Shown here piece by piece: positions 36,692 to 47,264 of a stretch of DNA of 64,000 bases. Positions within the stretch are counted from its first letter, which is position 1. Each line of letters opens with the position of its first letter. The notes beneath the pieces are model-generated. The model did not search any database, was not told the origin of the DNA, and was given only the letters and a program-made list of their open reading frames with translations. The DNA comes from Myxococcota bacterium (GTDB taxonomy: Bacteria > Myxococcota_A > Polyangia > Polyangiales > Sandaracinaceae). The stretch is taken from NCBI GenBank assembly GCA_036149055.1, contig JAYZQJ010000031.1, forward strand, positions 1 to 64,000. Reading direction: 5' to 3'. The translations under genes and the position numbers were made by a program.

Positions 36692-37848
36692 TGGCGTCCA
36701 CCGGCGAGACCACCCCCGAGCCGAGCCCCTCCGAGCTGCCGCCGGAGCCGATCCGCGCCCTGGAGGAGCTCGCCGCGCCGGTGCTGAAGGCGGCGCCGCA
36801 CTCGACGTTCTTCCACATCGTGGCCCTGCTCGAGCGGCTCACCACCGCCGCGGCCCGGGTGGGAGGAGACGGGCCGCCGTCCGAGGAGCAGATCCGCTTC
36901 CGGCACGACTACGACCTGGGCTTCAGCGCCGGCGACATCACGCGCGTGCTCGTCCGGCCCCTGCCCACCGGCCCGGAGCGCTCGCTCGAGGCGCCGAAGC
37001 CGGTGTTCGAGGTCACGACGACCTTCCTGGGGCTCACCGGGATCGTCTCCCCCCTGCCGCTCTACATCGCGGAGGAGGTCCTCTTCGAGGAGGGCGAGAA
37101 CCCCGTCCGGCGGGACTTCCTCGACATCTTCCATCACCGGCTCATCTCGCTCCTCTACCGCTCGGTCTCGAAGTACATGCCGGCGCGGGAGCACCTGAGC
37201 CACCGCTCGGACGCGTGGATGCGTCGGGCGCTGACGCTCACCGGGCTCGATCCCGAGATCCAGACCCGCGGCATGCGGGTGCATCCGTCGAAGCTGGTCC
37301 GGCTCGCGCCGCTCCTGGCCGGGCGCGGGCGAGGGCCCCGGGTTCTGACCCTGGCGCTCCGCGAGGTGCTGTCCGAGGCCCTCGAGCCCGACGGCACCGT
37401 GCACATCGAGGAGTTCGCGGGCGGCTGGATCGAGGTCGACGAGGCGCAGCGCATGGCCCTCGGCGAGCGCAACGCGTATCTCGGGGTCGAGGCGATCCTG
37501 GGCAAGCGCGCGTACGACCAGAGCGGCCGCTTCTGCGTGAAGATCGGCCCCCTGCACCGCGACAACTATCACCGCTTCCTGCGCGACGGCGACATGTTGC
37601 CGTTGGTCAAGGACGTGGTCGAGCTGTGCTCGCGGGAGTCGCTCGACTTCGACGTGGAGCTGCACCTCGCCGCCGACGCGGTGCCGTCGTTCAACCTGAC
37701 CTCGGGCGAGGGCGGCGCGACCCTGGGCCGCGACACGCGCCTGCGGGGCGCCACCCGCGCGGCCGAGGTGATGACGATCTCGGACGTCGGCAACATGGAG
37801 TTCGACGACGAGCCGGACGAAGCGCCGGTCGAAGACGCCGCGGAGTGA
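36691..37848 (+). CDS. tssG: T6SS baseplate subunit TssG
   Basis: FLGLTG..SPLP.Y and DFLDIFHHRL motifs; TGATG coupling to tssF. Confidence 0.95.
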   Translation: MASTGETTPEPSPSELPPEPIRALEELAAPVLKAAPHSTFFHIVALLERLTTAAARVGGDGPPSEEQIRFRHDYDLGFSAGDITRVLVRPLPTGPERSLEAPKPVFEVTTTFLGLTGIVSPLPLYIAEEVLFEEGENPVRRDFLDIFHHRLISLLYRSVSKYMPAREHLSHRSDAWMRRALTLTGLDPEIQTRGMRVHPSKLVRLAPLLAGRGRGPRVLTLALREVLSEALEPDGTVHIEEFAGGWIEVDEAQRMALGERNAYLGVEAILGKRAYDQSGRFCVKIGPLHRDNYHRFLRDGDMLPLVKDVVELCSRESLDFDVELHLAADAVPSFNLTSGEGGATLGRDTRLRGATRAAEVMTISDVGNMEFDDEPDEAPVEDAAE

Positions 37849-37918
37849 CGCCGGGGTTTATCTGCCTCGTCAGCCCGCGTATGCTCGCGCACCAGATTCC
37901 AGCGTGGAGGGGAGAGAC

Positions 37919-40615
37919 GTGTCCGTACAGCCGAAGACGCTCGTGAACCGGATGACGCCGACAGCTCGGCAGATGCTCGAGGCCGCCATCGGGCGCGCCG
38001 CCAGCTCCGGGCACTACGAGGTGACCATCGAGCACTTCCTCGCTCAGATGGTCGACCCCGACGACGGTGACGTCGCCGCGATCTACCAGCACTTCGGCAA
38101 GAACCGGAAGCCGCTGCAGAACCGCGTCGAGAAGCTCATCCAGCACATGAAGACGGGCAACTCGTCTCGTCCGGTGTTCAGCGGCTCGCTCTGGAAGTGG
38201 ATCCAGGACGGCTGGGTCTACGGCTCGCTCGAGTACGGCGCCGGGCTCATCCGCACCGGCCACCTCTTCTACACGCTCATCCGTCACCCCGGCCGCTACA
38301 TCGGCGAGGTGCTCCCCGAGCTCGAGGACTTCTCGCTCGAGGAGCTCGAGAAGGACCTCGACGACGCGCTCAGCGTGACCCGCGAGGAGTTCGAGGCCGG
38401 CGCGGTCCAGAGCGCGGGCGGCGGCGGCGGCGCGGCGGGCGCCGAGGGAGGCCCGGCCCCCCGCAAGGGCGAGGGCGCGCTCGACCGCTTCTGCACCAAC
38501 TTCACCGAGGAGGTCCGCCAGGGCCGCCTCGATCCGATCTTCGGCCGGCACCGCGAGATCCGGCAGTGCGTCGACATCCTCAGCCGGCGCCGCAAGAACA
38601 ACCCGATCATCGTCGGCGAGCCCGGCGTCGGGAAGACGGCGCTCGCGGAGGGCCTCGCCCACGCGATCGTCGCCGGCGACGTGCCCAAGCACATCGCCCG
38701 CTGCGAGCTGATGGCGCTCGACCTCGGCGCGCTGCAGGCCGGCGCGGCGATGAAGGGCGAGTTCGAGAACCGCCTGAAGGCGGTCATCAACGAGGTGAAG
38801 GGCTCCGAGAAGCCGATCATCCTCTTCATCGACGAGGCGCACACGCTCATCGGCGCGGGCGGTCAGAAGGGCGGCGGCGACGCGGCCAACCTGCTCAAGC
38901 CGGCGCTGGCCCGGGGCGAGCTCCGCACCATCGCCGCCACCACGTGGGCCGAGTACAAGCAGTACTTCGAGAAGGACGCGGCCCTCGAGCGTCGCTTCCA
39001 GCCCGTCAAGGTCGACGAGCCGAGCGAGGAGAACGCGATCGTCATGCTGCGCGGCCTGCGCGAGCTCTACGAGAAGAGCCACAAGGTCCGCATCAAGGAC
39101 GAGGCGATCGTCGCCGCGGTCGAGCTCTCGAACCGCTACATCGCCGGGCGCCTGCTGCCCGACAAGGCGGTCGACCTCCTCGACACCACCGCGGCGCGCG
39201 TCCGCGTCGGCCGGCAGACCAAGCCCGAGGCCCTGATCGACCTCGAGGCGGAGATCGCGGCGCTCGAGCGCGCGACCCAGGCGATCCAGCGCGACGTCGA
39301 GCAGGGCGAGGAGAAGCGCCGCGAAGAGCTCGAGGAGAGCCTGCGGCAGCTCGAGGCCAAGAAGGTGCTGCGCCAGGAGGTGCACGACCGCTGGCAGACC
39401 GAGCTGGCCGAGGTCGAGGCGATCCTCCGCGAGCGCGGCGAGCTCGAGGACGAGGAGGAGGGCGCGGAGGCGGACGGCGAGGAGAAGCCGGCCGAGGACG
39501 CGGTGAGCGAGACCGCGAAGGCCGAGCCGGCCCCGGTCGAGGAGAGCGCCGAGCCGTCCAAGAGCAACGGCGCCGGAGACCACGAGAAGCTGATCCACGT
39601 CGACGTCGACGCCGACGCGGTCGCCCACACCGTCTCGGTGTGGACCGGCGTGCCCCTCGGCAAGATGCAGCGCGACGCGGTCGGCAACGTGCTCGCCCTC
39701 GAGGAGAAGCTCCGCGAGCGCGTGAAGGGCCAGGAGCCGGCGGTCGAGGCGATCTCGCAGGCGTGCCGCATGGCCTTCGCCGGCGTGCGCAACCCGGACG
39801 CGCCGGTCGGCGTCTTCCTCTTCGTCGGCCCGTCCGGCGTCGGCAAGACGGAGACCGCGCTCGCGCTGGCCGACGAGCTCTACGGCGGAGAGCGCTTCGT
39901 CACCCAGATCAACATGAGCGAGTACCAGGACAAGAGCGCGATCTCGGGCCTCATCGGCTCGCGCGCCGGCCTGGTCGGCTACGGCGAGGGCGGCATCCTC
40001 ACCAACTCGGTGCGGCAGCGGCCCTACTCGGTCGTGCTCCTCGACGAGTGCGAGAAGGCCGACCCCGAGGTGCTCAACCTCTTCTACCAGGTGTTCGACA
40101 AGGGCGAGATGAACGACTCCGAGGGTCGTCTCATCAACTTCCGCAACACGATCTGCATCCTGACCAGCAACCTGGCCACGGACGAGATCATGAAGGCCTA
40201 CGAGGGCGACGAGGTCCCCGAGGTCAGCGAAGTGGTGGCGCAGATCCGGCCGATCCTGAGCAAGTGGTTCAAGCCGGCGCTCCTCGCGCGCATGACGATC
40301 GTGCCCTACCGCCCGATCGACCCCGAGACGATGAAGATGATCGCGGGGCTCAAGCTGAACCGGCTCGTCCGGCGCATCCGCGACTCGCACGGCATCGAGA
40401 CGACCTTCGATCAGGATCTCGTCGAGGAGCTGGCGAAGCGCTGCACCGAGAGCGAGACCGGCGCCCGAAACGTCGACCACATCCTCCGCAGCACGCTGAC
40501 GCCGATGATCGCCCAGGGCCTCCTGGAGCGCATGGCCGACGGCGAGGAGCCCTCCGGGATCGAGGTCTCGATCGCGCCGAGCGGCGAGTGGCGCGTCGAC
40601 GTCGACGTCGCCTGA
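37919..40615 (+). CDS. clpV: T6SS AAA+ ATPase ClpV (TssH)
   Basis: [40 protein letters not shown] and LLDECEKA motifs; located in the T6SS cluster; GTG start at 37919 (ORF track start 37904). Confidence 0.95.
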   Translation: MSVQPKTLVNRMTPTARQMLEAAIGRAASSGHYEVTIEHFLAQMVDPDDGDVAAIYQHFGKNRKPLQNRVEKLIQHMKTGNSSRPVFSGSLWKWIQDGWVYGSLEYGAGLIRTGHLFYTLIRHPGRYIGEVLPELEDFSLEELEKDLDDALSVTREEFEAGAVQSAGGGGGAAGAEGGPAPRKGEGALDRFCTNFTEEVRQGRLDPIFGRHREIRQCVDILSRRRKNNPIIVGEPGVGKTALAEGLAHAIVAGDVPKHIARCELMALDLGALQAGAAMKGEFENRLKAVINEVKGSEKPIILFIDEAHTLIGAGGQKGGGDAANLLKPALARGELRTIAATTWAEYKQYFEKDAALERRFQPVKVDEPSEENAIVMLRGLRELYEKSHKVRIKDEAIVAAVELSNRYIAGRLLPDKAVDLLDTTAARVRVGRQTKPEALIDLEAEIAALERATQAIQRDVEQGEEKRREELEESLRQLEAKKVLRQEVHDRWQTELAEVEAILRERGELEDEEEGAEADGEEKPAEDAVSETAKAEPAPVEESAEPSKSNGAGDHEKLIHVDVDADAVAHTVSVWTGVPLGKMQRDAVGNVLALEEKLRERVKGQEPAVEAISQACRMAFAGVRNPDAPVGVFLFVGPSGVGKTETALALADELYGGERFVTQINMSEYQDKSAISGLIGSRAGLVGYGEGGILTNSVRQRPYSVVLLDECEKADPEVLNLFYQVFDKGEMNDSEGRLINFRNTICILTSNLATDEIMKAYEGDEVPEVSEVVAQIRPILSKWFKPALLARMTIVPYRPIDPETMKMIAGLKLNRLVRRIRDSHGIETTFDQDLVEELAKRCTESETGARNVDHILRSTLTPMIAQGLLERMADGEEPSGIEVSIAPSGEWRVDVDVA

Positions 40616-40708
40616 CCGTGGACGGCAGGGGGTCCTTGCGGCCCCCGATTCCGCGTGAGAGGATGCCGACTCCCACGGGAAAACCCCAAGGATTTCCGAC
40701 GGAACCTC

Positions 40709-42112
40709 ATGCTTCCGCTGCTCGTCCGCATCACGAACACGCAGACCGGTGAGACCGAGCACTCCGCCTTTCCGAGCTCACCGGTTCGGATCGGGCGGAA
40801 CCAGCTCAACGAGCTCGTGCTGAACGAGCCGTTCGTGTCGCAGTGGCACGCCGTCGTCCGCTTCGACGAGCACAAGGTCCGGTACGTCGATCTCGGCTCG
40901 ACGAACGGCACGATGCTCAACGGGCGGCGGCTCGCGCGGCACATGCAGGTGGAGATCGACCCGCAGTCCGATCTGCGCATCGGGCCGATCCAGCTCGCGT
41001 TCGCGCGGGCCCAGGTGACGCCCGACATGTACGCGGCGCCGCGGACGACGATCTTCAACCTCAACACCCTCGGCGGCGGCGGCGGCGACGGGATGAACGC
41101 GACGATGGCGTTCAACCCCAACGAGCCGGCCACCGAGCAGCAGAACACCCTCTTCATGCCGCAGGGGGTCCCGCCGGGCGCGGCCCCTCAGCAGCCAGCC
41201 GCGGGCGCCGCCGTCGACATGCAGCGGCTGCTCGCGATCACCGAGGCCGCGAAGCCGTTCTATCAGCAGTACCGGAGCGCGTGGGCGCAGGTGCTCTCGG
41301 CCCTGAAGCGACAGCTCGAGGCGGCCCCCGGCCCCCAGCGCGCCGGGCTCGTGCTCTCCCTCTGCCAGCAGTTCCCCCAGCTCGCCAAGGAGCCGGAGTT
41401 CCGACAGCTCGCCGACAGCCTCGGCGTGGACCCGGCCGCCCTCGGCGAGGTCGACGCCAGCGCGTGGATCGAGCGCCTCGGCGGCTCCAAGCCCCCGGCT
41501 GGCCAGCAGATCAACACCGCCCTCGCGATGGAGCGGGTCGGCGCGATCCTCGAGAGCTACAGCCAGGCCTTCGTGGAGTTGCGCAAGGGCTACGAGCAGT
41601 TCGGCGAGGAGATGGCGCTCCAGCTCGTGCAGGAGCGGACCCCGCTGCGCGACGCCCAGAGCGGGCAGGAGGTGCTCGACTACCTCCTCGACTGGAGCAC
41701 CGACGGCGGCGAGCGGGTGCGGGAGCTGACCCGCGCCTTCGCCGACCTCGCCCTGCACCAGGTGGCGCTCCTCAGCGGGGTGATGGAGGGCGTGCGCAGC
41801 CTGCTCTCGTCGGTGTCGCCGCAGCAGCTGAGCGGCCAGAAGAACTACGCGCTCGCCAGGAGCGGCGGCGGCGGGCTCCTCGAGGGCATCTTCAACGGCA
41901 AGAAGGCGAGCCTGTGGAAGGCCTTCGCCGACGCCCACCAGCGCCTGACCGAAGAGGACCGGTTCAGCCGCGAGGTCTTCGGCCGCAACTTCGCCCGCGC
42001 GTACTTCATGGTCACGGGCGGACACATGCAGGGCCAGGACGGGAGCCAGCCGGGACAGACCGGACAGCAGCCCACGTACGGCCACCCGCACACCTCTCCC
42101 TACAACCAGTAG
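40709..42112 (+). CDS. fha: T6SS FHA-domain protein (Fha/TagH)
   Basis: FHA motifs IGR, VSQWHA and DLGSTNGT; C-terminal DLALHQVALLSG..FGRNFARAY typical of TagH. Confidence 0.88.
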   Translation: MLPLLVRITNTQTGETEHSAFPSSPVRIGRNQLNELVLNEPFVSQWHAVVRFDEHKVRYVDLGSTNGTMLNGRRLARHMQVEIDPQSDLRIGPIQLAFARAQVTPDMYAAPRTTIFNLNTLGGGGGDGMNATMAFNPNEPATEQQNTLFMPQGVPPGAAPQQPAAGAAVDMQRLLAITEAAKPFYQQYRSAWAQVLSALKRQLEAAPGPQRAGLVLSLCQQFPQLAKEPEFRQLADSLGVDPAALGEVDASAWIERLGGSKPPAGQQINTALAMERVGAILESYSQAFVELRKGYEQFGEEMALQLVQERTPLRDAQSGQEVLDYLLDWSTDGGERVRELTRAFADLALHQVALLSGVMEGVRSLLSSVSPQQLSGQKNYALARSGGGGLLEGIFNGKKASLWKAFADAHQRLTEEDRFSREVFGRNFARAYFMVTGGHMQGQDGSQPGQTGQQPTYGHPHTSPYNQ

Positions 42113-42193
42113 GACCGTCCGCGTTCGGCGACCGTGGCGGTCGTGGACGCACTTTCTTCCTCCCGGGTGCGGTGGCTGGGTAGACTCCGCACC

Positions 42194-43243
42194 ATGTCTC
42201 GTCTCCGTCTCGACCACCTCCTGGCGCCGGGGCTCATCGCCGCGGGCGCGGCCTTCGTCGCCTTCGCCTGCGGCGGGAGCGATACGCCGGAGGATCCGCC
42301 CCCGGTCTGCTACCTCTCGCACCCCATCCCCGACGGCGGGATGATGCGCAACCTCGACTCGAACGAGTGGGCCGACCTGGTCGTGCGCGGCTACCGCGAG
42401 GGTGCGTCGAGCAACCAGAACTGCGTGGGTGACGCCATCCAGTGGCGCCCCACCGACCGCGCCTGTCAGGTCCACGAGCCCGACGACGAGCGCCCGCCGC
42501 AGGCGGCCGAGCTGACCGAGGAGTCGGTGGTCATCGGCCGCAGCGACTCCGTCTCGGTGAAGCCGGTGTGGGTGATCACGCACCGCTTCGAGGACGGCGA
42601 CGGCTTCGGCCCGGTCGCGCTCACCGAGCGCACCGCGGAGGGCGTCGCGGTCCGCGCGATCGGGACCCTGCGCATGCCGACCGACCGCGCCCGGCTCCGG
42701 CTCCGCGAGACCGGCGGTCAGCAGATCGTCGTCGCGGACGGCGAGCGCTGCCCGGAGGAGGACGAGGACGCGAGCGACGCGCCCACCAACGTGGAGTCCG
42801 AGGAGGGCGCCGCCGAGGAGGAGGAGCCGACGTGCATCCGCTACGCCCGCGTGCTGCCGGTGGTCGGCGACCAGCTGATGAGCCCCGAGCTCCGGACGCG
42901 CGAAGGCCAGTGCCTCGGACCCGCGCAGATCTACCTGTCGCGCGAGCAGACGGTCGCGCTCGAGAACGGCTGGGAGCGCACCTTCCAGCTCGCGGCGTCG
43001 ATGGAGTACCGCGGCGGCGCGATCATCGTGCACGAGCAGGTCGTCGCCGAGGACCGCGACCCGCGCGACCCGGGCCGCCCGGCCCGACTCTTCCGCACCA
43101 CCGACGCCGATCGGGTGGTCCACCTCCGCCGCGGCGGCATGCGCAGCGAGGGCATCCCCCTCTTCGAGCGCGCCATTCGCGCGGACGGATCGACCCAGCT
43201 CCCGGTCGGCGAGTCCGACCGCGACGCCCAAGCTCGGAATTGA
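42194..43243 (+). CDS. Hypothetical lipoprotein within the T6SS plus-strand run
   Basis: Hydrophobic signal ending AFA-C; several Cys; TAGACT hexamer 7 nt upstream of the ATG at 42194. Confidence 0.7.
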   Translation: MSRLRLDHLLAPGLIAAGAAFVAFACGGSDTPEDPPPVCYLSHPIPDGGMMRNLDSNEWADLVVRGYREGASSNQNCVGDAIQWRPTDRACQVHEPDDERPPQAAELTEESVVIGRSDSVSVKPVWVITHRFEDGDGFGPVALTERTAEGVAVRAIGTLRMPTDRARLRLRETGGQQIVVADGERCPEEDEDASDAPTNVESEEGAAEEEEPTCIRYARVLPVVGDQLMSPELRTREGQCLGPAQIYLSREQTVALENGWERTFQLAASMEYRGGAIIVHEQVVAEDRDPRDPGRPARLFRTTDADRVVHLRRGGMRSEGIPLFERAIRADGSTQLPVGESDRDAQARN

Positions 43244-43317
43244 TCGCGCCCCGATTGCGATCGGGGGCGTGATCGGGGAACAATCCGGCCACCTTTCTCG
43301 AACGCAGGGGAGCGAGC

Positions 43318-45102
43318 GTGGCTGGCGAACAGGAAGATCGGGGCGGAGCACAGGTACATTGGCTGGTCGCGGGGCGCTTCGGGCTCGGCGAGCGCGGTAA
43401 GACGCTCTCGTTGACGCGGGCGGACTTCGACGACGCGCTGAAGAGCCGCGGCATCCAGGTCACCGCCGAGGTGCCGGACGCGGTGGGGGCCGGCGAGACC
43501 CGCAGCTACACGCTGAAGGTCGAGTCGCTCAAGAACCTGACGCTCAAGCACGTGGTCGGCGCGATCCCCGAGCTCACGGAGCTCGCCGCCAAGGCGGACC
43601 AGGTCGCCAAGCTGAAGGACCCCAGCGTGGACGGGCTCCGCGAGATCGTCGGCGAGGGCAAGCTCCTCGACGCGATGAAGGCGCTCGTCGCGCCCGAGGA
43701 CGCGCCGAAGGCCGAGGGCGGCGACGCGACCGGGGACGCGGACGCGATCTTCGAGAAGGCGGAGGTCCAGAAGAAGAGCGCCAAGAGCGCGATCAGCATG
43801 TTCGTGAAGGCGACCTCGAGCGCCAAGCCGAAGTCCAAGCCGGTCTCGCGGCAGCTCCGCGATCTCGTGGAGGAGGTCGTCTGGGGCATCGCCGCCGACG
43901 TGCTCCGCAGCGACGAGGTGCGCGCGGTCGAGACCTCGTGGCGCGGGCTCCGGTTCCTGCTGACCGAGTGCCCGAAGGACGCGCAGATGGAGGTCATCCT
44001 CCTCGAGACCGACGCCGAGCACCTGGTGGAGGATCTCGCCGGTCGCGATCGCGGGGACGACATCGACGAGCCGGACTGCATCTTCGTGCCGTTCGACTTC
44101 GAGACCACCGAGGGGCTGCGCGACGTGGCCGACCTCGCCGAGCAGGAGCTCATCCCGATCGTGGTGGGCGGCGCGCCGGCGCTCTTCGGGCAAGAGGAGC
44201 TGCAGCCGGTGCCGGACGCCTTCGACGCGCTCGAGAAGGCGCGCAACGAGGACCTCCCCGAGTGGGCCCGGGCGTGGGACGAGCTCCGCCTCGCGGAGTC
44301 CACCCGCTGGCTGGTGGTCGCGCTCAACCGGGTGGCGCTCCACGCCGAGGGCGCGGGCGTCGCGCAGCGCACCGTGTTCGGCTCGGGCGTCTGGGGCGTC
44401 GCGGCCATGCTCGCCGCGAGCTACCGGGCGACGGGCGGCTTCGCGCGCATCTTCGGCAAGGCGGGCTCCCTCCGCGCGCCGGCGAGCCACACCCTCGGCG
44501 CGGGCCGCTACGCGGACACCGCGGCGCCGACGGAGGCCTTCTACGCGATCCAGCCCTGCGAGCTGCTGGCGAAGAACGGCGTGCTCGGCGTGGGCAGCGC
44601 CCGGAACTCGGATCAGCTCGCGCTGATCAAGGCCTCCTGCGTGCGCGGCGCCGCCGACGCGGTGCCCCTCCCGGCGCAGATCCTCACCGGCCGGGTCGTG
44701 CGCTTCGCGAGCTGGGTCAAGGCGCAGCTCCCCGAGGGCTGCGACAGCAAGACGGCGAACGACATCTTCGTCAGCGCCGCGAGCGTCTTCCTCTTCCCGG
44801 GCCAGGAGACCGCCGCCCACGTCCGCGCCGCGACCGTCAACATCGACGGCGAGGCCCACGTGATGATCCGCGCCGCCGCGAACCCCGCGATCGCGTCGGT
44901 GCCCTTCGAGATCGCCTTCCCGCTCCCCCTCGGGTGGAGCGTGCCCGCGCCCGAGGCCAGCGCCGAGGAGAGCGCGGCCCCGAAGCCGGACGCCGGGAGC
45001 GCGGCCGAGGTCAAGGGCGACGCGACCGCCGGCAAGAAGGACGGCGTCGGCCTGTCCGGCGCGAGCGTCGGCTTCGACGCCAGCCTCGGCAAGGACGACT
45101 GA
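43318..45102 (+). CDS. Degenerate TssB-TssC fusion-like sheath protein
   Basis: N-terminus aligns by eye with this window's TssB; DVLRSDEVRAVETSWRGLRFLL and WDELRLAESTRWL parallel TssC; GGGGAG RBS. Confidence 0.75.
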   Translation: MAGEQEDRGGAQVHWLVAGRFGLGERGKTLSLTRADFDDALKSRGIQVTAEVPDAVGAGETRSYTLKVESLKNLTLKHVVGAIPELTELAAKADQVAKLKDPSVDGLREIVGEGKLLDAMKALVAPEDAPKAEGGDATGDADAIFEKAEVQKKSAKSAISMFVKATSSAKPKSKPVSRQLRDLVEEVVWGIAADVLRSDEVRAVETSWRGLRFLLTECPKDAQMEVILLETDAEHLVEDLAGRDRGDDIDEPDCIFVPFDFETTEGLRDVADLAEQELIPIVVGGAPALFGQEELQPVPDAFDALEKARNEDLPEWARAWDELRLAESTRWLVVALNRVALHAEGAGVAQRTVFGSGVWGVAAMLAASYRATGGFARIFGKAGSLRAPASHTLGAGRYADTAAPTEAFYAIQPCELLAKNGVLGVGSARNSDQLALIKASCVRGAADAVPLPAQILTGRVVRFASWVKAQLPEGCDSKTANDIFVSAASVFLFPGQETAAHVRAATVNIDGEAHVMIRAAANPAIASVPFEIAFPLPLGWSVPAPEASAEESAAPKPDAGSAAEVKGDATAGKKDGVGLSGASVGFDASLGKDD

Positions 45103-45173
45103 TCGAGCCTGGAGGGCGCAGAGGCCGCCCGACGCAGAGCCGTGGCCACCCCCCATCCCGGGGCCCCCCACGC

Positions 45174-45200
45174 CTTTGCGTCTTTGCGCCTTTGCGAGAG
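45174..45200. repeat. Family 2 REP-like core
   Basis: CTTTGCGTCTTTGCGCCTTTGCGAGAG, at the right end of the T6SS cluster. Confidence 0.7.
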
Positions 45201-45362
45201 TAATAAGAAGCCAAAAGCAGACGCCCCCAAGCCCATACCCCCTACGAAACAGCAAGGTCGGTGCCGTTAGTACGGAAAACGGGGACCCCCGGAGGGAAAC
45301 CGTCGTAGCGGCCGTGTTCCGGCCGCCGGCGCCCTTCCCGCCGTTCTATGCTTTGGGGAGAG

Positions 45363-47264
45363 ATGGACGAGAAGCTCGCGAGCTTCCTGCTGGAAGCGAT
45401 GGCCGACGGGTTCTCGGTGCTCCGGGAGGACGGCGCCCACCGCCTGGTCAACCCCGCCTTCTGCCGGATGGTCGGCTTCACGAAGGAGGAGCTGATCGCG
45501 GGGGGCCCACCGCCGCACCCGTACTGGCCCGAGGAGCACATGCCCGACATCCTGCGGGCCTTCGAGGAGATGGAGGCCGGCAAGGACGTCCGGGCGCGCC
45601 TCATCTTCTGCAAGAAGGACGGCACCCGCTTCCCGGTGATGGTGCACCCGGCGACGGCCAAGGTCCGGGGCGAGACGCTCCACTTCGCGACCGTGCAGGA
45701 CCTCACCGAGATCGAGGCCCGCGCCCGCCGCGAGGAGGAGCTCCGCGCGCTGGTCGAGACGATGATCCGCGCCGGGGACCTCGCGACCTGGGTGTGGAAC
45801 CTGCAGGACGGCACCTCGACCGTCAGCGACAGCTACTTCACGGTGCTCGGCTACGCGCCGGGCGCGTGGAAGCCCGGCTACGACACCTGGGCGAGCCTCA
45901 TCCACCCCGACGACCTGCCGGCGGCGGAGGCGAGCATGCAGGGGCTCCTCGCGCACGAGGATCGCCTCTACGACACCGAGCACCGCATGCGCGACGCGAA
46001 CGGGCAGTGGCGCTGGGTGCTCGTGCGCGGCTACGTGACGGAGTGGGACGAGGCGGGTGGGCCGACCCGCATCACCGGCACGATGCAGGACATCCATCGA
46101 CTCAAGACGCAGGAGCTCAAGCTCCGGCAGTTCGAGAAGATGGAGGTCCTCGGTCAGCTCACCGGCGGCATCGCCCACGACTTCAACAACATCCTGACCA
46201 CCCTCGCCGGCAACCTCGGGCTCCTCGAGATGTCGGCGGAGGGAGAGCAGAAGGAGCTGGTCAGCGAGATGCACGAGGGCGTGCGGCGCGCCGAGTCGCT
46301 CGTGCAGTCGCTGCTTCGCTACGCGCGCCGCAAGTCGAAGGGGCTGGTGTCGACGGAGCTGCACGCCTTCCTCGAGCGCACCGAGAAGGTCCTCCGCACC
46401 GCGGTGCCCGAGCCCATCACGCTGCGACTCGAGCACGGAGACGGCGAGCTCGGCGCGCGCTGCGACGTCGACGCGCTCGAGAACGCGCTGCTCAACCTCG
46501 TCGTGAACGCGCGCGACGCCTGCGGGCCGGGCGGCACCATCGTGATCCGCACCGGCCGCCGCGTGGTGTCCGAGGAGGAGGCGAGCGGGCTGGACACGAC
46601 GCCCGGCGAGTACGCGTTCGTGGCGGTCTGCGACGACGGGCCCGGCATGTCCCCGGAGGTGAAGCGGCGCGCGCTGGAGCCGCTCTTCACGACCAAGAGC
46701 GAGGGCACGGGGACGGGGCTCGGGCTCAGCATGGTGCAACGCGCGATGCGCGACGCGGGCGGCTTCGTCGGGATCGAGAGCGAGCTCGGTCGGGGCGCGA
46801 CGGTGACGCTGCACCTGCCCACCGCGTCGGCGACGCCGTCCCTCCACGCGCGAGCGGAGGACGCGACCCTCGCGGGCTCCGAGTCGCTCCTGCTGGTCGA
46901 CGACGAGGAGGGGCTGCTCCGGGTGATGGCCGCCGGGCTGCGGGCGCTCGGCTACGACGTGACGACGTGCGCCTCGCCCGACGAAGCGCTCCGGCACCTC
47001 GGCTCGGTGGACGCGCTGGTGACCGACATCGTGATGCCGTACGCGATCGACGGGGTGGAGCTGGCGCGGAGGGCGCGCGGCGAGCGACCCGACCTGCCGG
47101 TGGTGCTGATGACCGGGTACGCGCGCGAGGAGCGGGAGCAGGCGGCGCGAGAGCTCGGCCGCGTGCTCTGGAAGCCCTTCCGGGTGGAGCAGCTGGCCGG
47201 AGAGATCCGGCGCGCGCTCGACGCTACTCGGGCAGACGAAGCTGTCGACGCCGCAGCGTCGTGA
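45363..47264 (+). CDS. Cytoplasmic PAS-PAS hybrid histidine kinase/response regulator
   Basis: Two PAS domains (VNPAFC, IHPDD); GGIAHDFNNIL; NLVVNARDA; GTGLGL; receiver LLVDDE..TDIVMP. Confidence 0.92.
   Translation: MDEKLASFLLEAMADGFSVLREDGAHRLVNPAFCRMVGFTKEELIAGGPPPHPYWPEEHMPDILRAFEEMEAGKDVRARLIFCKKDGTRFPVMVHPATAKVRGETLHFATVQDLTEIEARARREEELRALVETMIRAGDLATWVWNLQDGTSTVSDSYFTVLGYAPGAWKPGYDTWASLIHPDDLPAAEASMQGLLAHEDRLYDTEHRMRDANGQWRWVLVRGYVTEWDEAGGPTRITGTMQDIHRLKTQELKLRQFEKMEVLGQLTGGIAHDFNNILTTLAGNLGLLEMSAEGEQKELVSEMHEGVRRAESLVQSLLRYARRKSKGLVSTELHAFLERTEKVLRTAVPEPITLRLEHGDGELGARCDVDALENALLNLVVNARDACGPGGTIVIRTGRRVVSEEEASGLDTTPGEYAFVAVCDDGPGMSPEVKRRALEPLFTTKSEGTGTGLGLSMVQRAMRDAGGFVGIESELGRGATVTLHLPTASATPSLHARAEDATLAGSESLLLVDDEEGLLRVMAAGLRALGYDVTTCASPDEALRHLGSVDALVTDIVMPYAIDGVELARRARGERPDLPVVLMTGYAREEREQAARELGRVLWKPFRVEQLAGEIRRALDATRADEAVDAAAS

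Noticed and set aside
37691..40762. 1023-aa minus-strand ORF
   Set aside because: Antisense shadow of clpV.
18947..45102. T6SS cluster as a recently acquired island, prophage or eCIS
   Set aside because: No integrase, tRNA or att site is visible, composition looks like the flanks, and the TssJLM membrane complex plus ClpV define a true T6SS.
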